From contig JBNJGP010000082.1 of NCBI GenBank assembly GCA_051747805.1, forward strand, positions 1-10,986: a stretch of 10,986 nucleotides of DNA. Direction: 5' to 3'. Numbering within the stretch: position 1 is the stretch's first letter; each line of letters starts with the position of its first letter. The translations under genes and the position numbers were made by a program. The notes beneath the pieces are model-generated. The model saw only the letters and a list, made by a program, of their open reading frames with translations, was not told where the DNA came from and did not search any database. Shown piece after piece: positions 6,561-10,986 of the stretch. The DNA comes from Candidatus Muiribacteriota bacterium. GTDB taxonomy: Bacteria > Muiribacteriota > Muiribacteriia > Muiribacteriales > Muiribacteriaceae.

Positions 6561-9500
6561 TATTCACCTTCTTCATAATTATACATATTTGTGATATCCA
6601 TCTGACACTCTGCATCTACATTTCTCATGGACGTAGGAGTTATCCATGAAAAATTTTTTTCAGAGTTTTCTGTTAACCAAGATTCATATCTTCCTAACAA
6701 ACTATCTGCTTTTTCAACATCCTTATACCACCATTTTTTATCCCATGTTTTCATCTGATTATATAATTTATTTAGTTTTTTTATCACATAATCAGACTGA
6801 CTTTTATCTACAACGCTTACTCTTTCTAAAATTAAGCCACTAAAACTATTAAATAAAGAATCATCCAGATTATCAGCTTCAACAGAAGAAGTTTTATCTC
6901 CCATTATTCTTAAATAAACCGCAAGTAAAGCATGAAGGGCTCTGTCTATTACAGGTGCTGAAAAAGGTGTTATACTTGTTGGCTCAACCTGTGCGTACAT
7001 CTGGCTGTGTACGCTCTGAAATTTTTCAAAATATGATCTGTCTCTAGGCTTAGAACTACTGAATAAAGTTCCCACAAGACCTGGTTTTTCCCACCATTTC
7101 CTTCCGACTCTACCAGTAACCTGTATATACTGAGATACAGATTTAGGCTGACCGATTACAGACATCAAAGAAAGTCTGTCAACATCTATGCCAACTTCGA
7201 TTATGCTTGAAGCGAGACAGACGTCAACACTTTTTGAATTTTTCCTTATATACTTTTTTTCAAGCTCTTCAAGTGCCTTTGGAACATCATTATTAGTCAT
7301 CCTGCTTGTTAATTCTCTGACATTATTAAGATATCTTTTCTCATCTTTATTAAAACCATGTCTCTTATTAACACTTTTGATATTCCCTGGGATATCTGAT
7401 TGGATAAGAGAAAGAGCTCCTCCAAGTTCCCTTATACTGTTATAAAAAAGCATTAATGTCCACCATGGATCCTTTTCTTCAGGTTGATCAAAAAGTAACA
7501 CACCCTGAAGCAACGCACTAAAGAACCTAACCTGTAAAGTCTGCATGGAAGACAATCCAGGGGCATATATGCCAAGGTATTTTCTGCCTGGCAAAAGATC
7601 TCCTTTTGCATCTGTTGCATACTTAGCAAAAAAGGAATCCCCTGCATCCAAACCCGGAGGAGGAAAGATATTACTTTTTTCTCTTGCAAATAAAGCTTTT
7701 ACCTGCTCCCTGTAGTTTTTTATTGTGGCTGTGGAACATACAATTTTCGGCTTTATTTTTTTGCCTTCATTTTTTACACAGCAAAGATCTTCTATAACAG
7801 TTTCATATAAACCAACCATAGTTCCAAGCGGCCCCGAAATAAGATGAAGCTCATCCTGTATAATCAACCCAGGTGGTTTCTTTTCTGAATATCCTTCGTC
7901 ATCGATACCAAAGATAGATCCTGCTTCAGGTTTCCAGGCCAGCTGTGCAAACTTGTCCACTGTGCCTATAATAAGAGACGGCTTTTTTTTATAAATTTCT
8001 TCATCAATTACATAGATTGGTAAAAATTTGTTAAAACTGCATTCTTTATCAGGACATTCAAATTGTATAGTTGAATTTTTATATGCGTATCCCAAAACGC
8101 CATTGCCTAACTTTTGCTTGATGTGAGTACCCATTTCAGCACCGCACCACGGACATTGTCTTATAACAAAAGGATTCTCTGCATTTTTTTCCTTTTTTAA
8201 TTTTTTAAATGACTCATGGGCATACTGATTATTATTCGGAGTATTTGCACTTCCAACCCATATTCCTATTGAGTAAGGTGTTTGTCCTAGCTCATTATTT
8301 TCTTTTCTTATCTCCTCCATGGCGCATATTAATCTTGAAGCCCTCTGAAACTGTTGCGTGGTTAACAACCTCAATGTATATCTCATAATGACATTTACAC
8401 CATCGTCATTTTTATCAACCAGTCTTTTATAAAACATAACAAATGCAGCCAGTCCCAGATAAGCTTCTGTCTTCCCACCACCTGTGGGAAACCAGATTAA
8501 ATCAACATCTTCTCTTTCCGGACAATCTAAAACTGAAGATCTTAAAGAGGATAAAATAAACCCTATCTGAAAAGGGCGCCAGTAGCCTGTATTTTTTTTT
8601 AAATTATCTAATAATAGTTTTTTAAATTCAGGCTTAAAAACCTTCCTATTTTGCTCTTTATCATAGCTATATACTCTTTTTTCAGTATTCGCCTGTTGCT
8701 GCATCAAAATAGCTTTATTGGCAAACTCAAACGCTTTTCTTGCTAAAGAATCTTCATTGATAAAATCAAGTCCAGACCTAATCCTCTCCAAACAACTTTC
8801 TGCGTTTTTTAAATGTAATGAAGCTGTTTTCTTTAAAGAGACGCTTAAAAGCTCTGAATCCTTTTTTCTATACTCTATCCAGTCACTGTATTCAGTGATA
8901 AAGTCATTAATTACTTTGTCTCCACCTGATTCCAGACCTGCTAGTTTTGTCATTGAAAGTCTTAAGATTGAACCATCTTTTTCAATATCAGGTGTTATAC
9001 TTGGTGTTTCATATTGGGGGAAGGGTTCTGCAATAAGACTGTCAGGAGGTTCATTAACTTTTTTATCATTCCATATTGCAGCACATCCGTGACCTATAGC
9101 GTATGTCTTCCTGGAATTATATAACAACCTGAAAGACTCAAGCTCCTCATCTCTTTTGACTGAAGCCTGTTCATTTTCCTCATCAAATGTTTGGTCAGGA
9201 TAAGCACAAAATCTGCTTCCATCCAATACAGATATTTTAAAACCAGCCTGAAATAATACCATCTCATTTTTATCACATGAATCTAAATTTCCGGGCTTAG
9301 ACCTGTTAACAAGGCATATTGTAATAAGTCGACGATTTTCTCTGTATTTACCTGGAGAGTATATATCCGGCCTTGAATAACTTTCAATTGAGATCTCAAA
9401 ACCCTTCTTTAAAGTTTTTTTAGCATTATTAACCAAAATCATTGATTTTAAAACTTCACTTTCCAGAATCTCTGTTTCAGAAACATTCTGCCGAAGATAC

Positions 9501-10015
9501 CATTTTCTTTCTCTACCTGCTATTCTGACAGTTTTCCCTTTATAAATGCCCCCGTAAAAATCTACTTTAAGCTTTGAATTTTCAGGTAATTCAACCAAAA
9601 AACTGATCGCCATACTTGATGGTTTCATTGCATTACTTAATGATAAATCAAAATCATCACTATCAAGAGTTTCGTAATCACGCTTTCCTATGGATTTAAT
9701 ATTAACTTTATCATGATCGGAATCACTCTCTGACTCATCTGTAACCCCATCAACCTCATTCTCTTCACTCTCATTACTTACAGCCTGAGGATATAATACC
9801 CCAATCCCATACCTGTTATAAGGTGTTGAATCCCATATTATTTCATCTCCATTATTCTTTTGTATCCATGGCTGCTGAGCATCTTCCCAGGAATCAAATA
9901 ATATATCACCACTACAGTCTAATTCTTTTCCTTTAAGACATGGTCCAACCAACTCAGACTTTACAAACTCAATCAATTTTTCTCTGTTTGAAATATGATC
10001 ACTTTCTGAACTCAT
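6560..10015 (-). CDS. drmA: SF2 helicase, DISARM DrmA-like
   Basis: Q-motif WRPFQ, Walker A FPTGGGKTEAY, Ia RYTLRLLTTQQFQR, Zn-binding CPWC...CPDKEC, GTVDKFAQ, Walker B IIQDELHLI, III STAT, V ASSIIEVGIDV, VI QVTGRVGR and C-terminal TPTSMRNVD. It has a ~475-aa N-terminal extension and sits directly upstream of the DUF1998 gene. GGGAG RBS at 10027-10023. Confidence 0.9.
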   Translation of the reverse strand: MSSESDHISNREKLIEFVKSELVGPCLKGKELDCSGDILFDSWEDAQQPWIQKNNGDEIIWDSTPYNRYGIGVLYPQAVSNESEENEVDGVTDESESDSDHDKVNIKSIGKRDYETLDSDDFDLSLSNAMKPSSMAISFLVELPENSKLKVDFYGGIYKGKTVRIAGRERKWYLRQNVSETEILESEVLKSMILVNNAKKTLKKGFEISIESYSRPDIYSPGKYRENRRLITICLVNRSKPGNLDSCDKNEMVLFQAGFKISVLDGSRFCAYPDQTFDEENEQASVKRDEELESFRLLYNSRKTYAIGHGCAAIWNDKKVNEPPDSLIAEPFPQYETPSITPDIEKDGSILRLSMTKLAGLESGGDKVINDFITEYSDWIEYRKKDSELLSVSLKKTASLHLKNAESCLERIRSGLDFINEDSLARKAFEFANKAILMQQQANTEKRVYSYDKEQNRKVFKPEFKKLLLDNLKKNTGYWRPFQIGFILSSLRSSVLDCPEREDVDLIWFPTGGGKTEAYLGLAAFVMFYKRLVDKNDDGVNVIMRYTLRLLTTQQFQRASRLICAMEEIRKENNELGQTPYSIGIWVGSANTPNNNQYAHESFKKLKKEKNAENPFVIRQCPWCGAEMGTHIKQKLGNGVLGYAYKNSTIQFECPDKECSFNKFLPIYVIDEEIYKKKPSLIIGTVDKFAQLAWKPEAGSIFGIDDEGYSEKKPPGLIIQDELHLISGPLGTMVGLYETVIEDLCCVKNEGKKIKPKIVCSTATIKNYREQVKALFAREKSNIFPPPGLDAGDSFFAKYATDAKGDLLPGRKYLGIYAPGLSSMQTLQVRFFSALLQGVLLFDQPEEKDPWWTLMLFYNSIRELGGALSLIQSDIPGNIKSVNKRHGFNKDEKRYLNNVRELTSRMTNNDVPKALEELEKKYIRKNSKSVDVCLASSIIEVGIDVDRLSLMSVIGQPKSVSQYIQVTGRVGRKWWEKPGLVGTLFSSSKPRDRSYFEKFQSVHSQMYAQVEPTSITPFSAPVIDRALHALLAVYLRIMGDKTSSVEADNLDDSLFNSFSGLILERVSVVDKSQSDYVIKKLNKLYNQMKTWDKKWWYKDVEKADSLLGRYESWLTENSEKNFSWITPTSMRNVDAECQMDITNMYNYEEGE

Positions 10016-10986
10016 TATGTTACTCCCAGAAGCTTTTTTATATCTTCACGAACATTTTCCTGCATTATTATCACAAGTCTTGACAAAGCTCTTGTCAGTC
10101 CGACATAAATAAGATTCATCATTTCTTTATCCTTTATTTCTCTGATATCCGTTATTATAACAACAGGTGATTCAAGCCCTTTATAAGAGTGGATAGTACT
10201 GAAACTCACTTTGTTCCCATAATCTTCATTGATCCTGAATAATTTTAGCCGGCTTTCACCTGATTTCTCGAGTTTTGATGCACATGATGTATTAGAAAAA
10301 GGTGACAAAACAACAATATCCCTGGGTTTAAATTTTTCTTTTTGTTGAAATCTGGTCAGAAGTTGCTTTAGTAATTTTTGCTGCTCCTTTGTTTCCTTAA
10401 AATACAGCAATTCAGGCCTGACTTTATCATCAGCCCTTAAAATTCTTATATAATCAGGTTGAAGACCTCCCAAAACAGGGGCATATGCAGCTATCCTTGG
10501 TGTATTTCTACAGTTTATCCCCAAATAATACACAGGAACACTCAGTTCACTTTTATTTAAAAATTCATTTATGGACATATTATCAGAGTAATTATAAATT
10601 TTCTGATAAACAAAATCACCAAACATAAACCAATTACCAGAAGAAATACCATCTTTCAGGCAAAGATCAAGAAAATCAAGATAGGGTTGTCTTAAAACAT
10701 CCTGTGCCTCGTCAATAATCAAAGAATCATATAAGTCATCTTCATCATTATTTTTTCCAAGCAAAGCATTTATAGCCTCTTCTGGCAACTTTTCTGTCCA
10801 ATATTCAGAATCACCATTATCAATCGACCCAGAATTTGTAAATTTCCGCATCATTGAATGTAAATTTGATATTTCCAGATATTGAAAATCATCCTCACAA
10901 AACTGAGACTTTATCCATATTGAAATATTTTTGTTAAAGCAGACAAACAGAGTTTTTTTATTTTTTTTTATAGCTCTTCTGGCAAA
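10015..10986 (-). CDS. Superfamily-1 (UvrD-like) helicase/ATPase, 5'-partial; possibly NERD-nuclease-fused
   Basis: The frame is open from the window edge (FARRAIKKNKKTLFVCFNKNISIWIKSQFCEDDFQYLEISNLHS-MMRKF...), so the ORF-track start at 10854 is probably internal. SF1 motifs: Ia-like TLFVCFN, II LIIDEAQD, III FGDFVYQKIY, IV NCRNT, V STIHSYKGLE, VI YVGLTRA. Walker A should lie just outside the window. The NERD fusion is inferred from similar architectures and is not seen here. Confidence 0.85.
   Translation of the reverse strand, partial: FARRAIKKNKKTLFVCFNKNISIWIKSQFCEDDFQYLEISNLHSMMRKFTNSGSIDNGDSEYWTEKLPEEAINALLGKNNDEDDLYDSLIIDEAQDVLRQPYLDFLDLCLKDGISSGNWFMFGDFVYQKIYNYSDNMSINEFLNKSELSVPVYYLGINCRNTPRIAAYAPVLGGLQPDYIRILRADDKVRPELLYFKETKEQQKLLKQLLTRFQQKEKFKPRDIVVLSPFSNTSCASKLEKSGESRLKLFRINEDYGNKVSFSTIHSYKGLESPVVIITDIREIKDKEMMNLIYVGLTRALSRLVIIMQENVREDIKKLLGVT

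Noticed and set aside
6102..9276. Short ORFs 6102-6359, 6646-6843, 7188-7445, 7453-7689, 8718-9092, 9094-9276
   Set aside because: All lie within drmA or drmB (antisense or off-frame) and show no recognisable motifs.
4671..10015. Assignment to Druantia (DruE) or Dpd (DpdJ)
   Set aside because: Those helicases generally carry DUF1998 fused in one polypeptide and have other partner genes. Here the helicase and DUF1998 are separate genes with DrmA/DrmB-type termini.
10852..10854. ATG at 10854 as the start of the SF1 helicase
   Set aside because: The frame is open to the window edge and contains a motif-Ia-like segment upstream. A protein starting here would lack Walker A.
1..10986. Inferring the MTase target from site avoidance (e.g. 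CCWGG)
   Set aside because: CCWGG occurs many times in the window, and 11 kb read by eye cannot support a depletion statistic.
1..10986. CRISPR array, tRNA/rRNA, IS element or integrase
   Set aside because: No spaced direct repeats, structural RNA signatures, terminal inverted repeats, or transposase/recombinase motifs were seen.

Overview
AT-rich bacterial defence-island window with six same-strand (minus) genes. In transcription order they are: a superfamily-1 (UvrD-like) helicase that runs off the right edge (10986->10015), a DrmA-type SF2 helicase (1151 aa), a DrmB/DUF1998 protein (629 aa), an AIPR-family protein (608 aa), a Vsr G:T-mismatch endonuclease (145 aa) and a large C5-cytosine methyltransferase (534 aa). 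The DrmA+DrmB+5mC MTase core resembles class II DISARM. However, the PLD nuclease DrmC is absent from the window, AIPR sits in its slot, and an SF1 helicase is coupled upstream of drmA, so this looks like a non-canonical DISARM-like or DISARM/AIPR hybrid system. Translating the non-ORF DNA by hand gives two probable decayed coding relics. One is a stop/frameshift-broken C-terminal extension of AIPR (2651-2828); the other is a ~31-codon fragment of an unrelated SF2 helicase downstream of the MTase (249-341). No RNA genes, CRISPR arrays, transposases or integrases were seen. All family calls come from motif recognition, not database searches.
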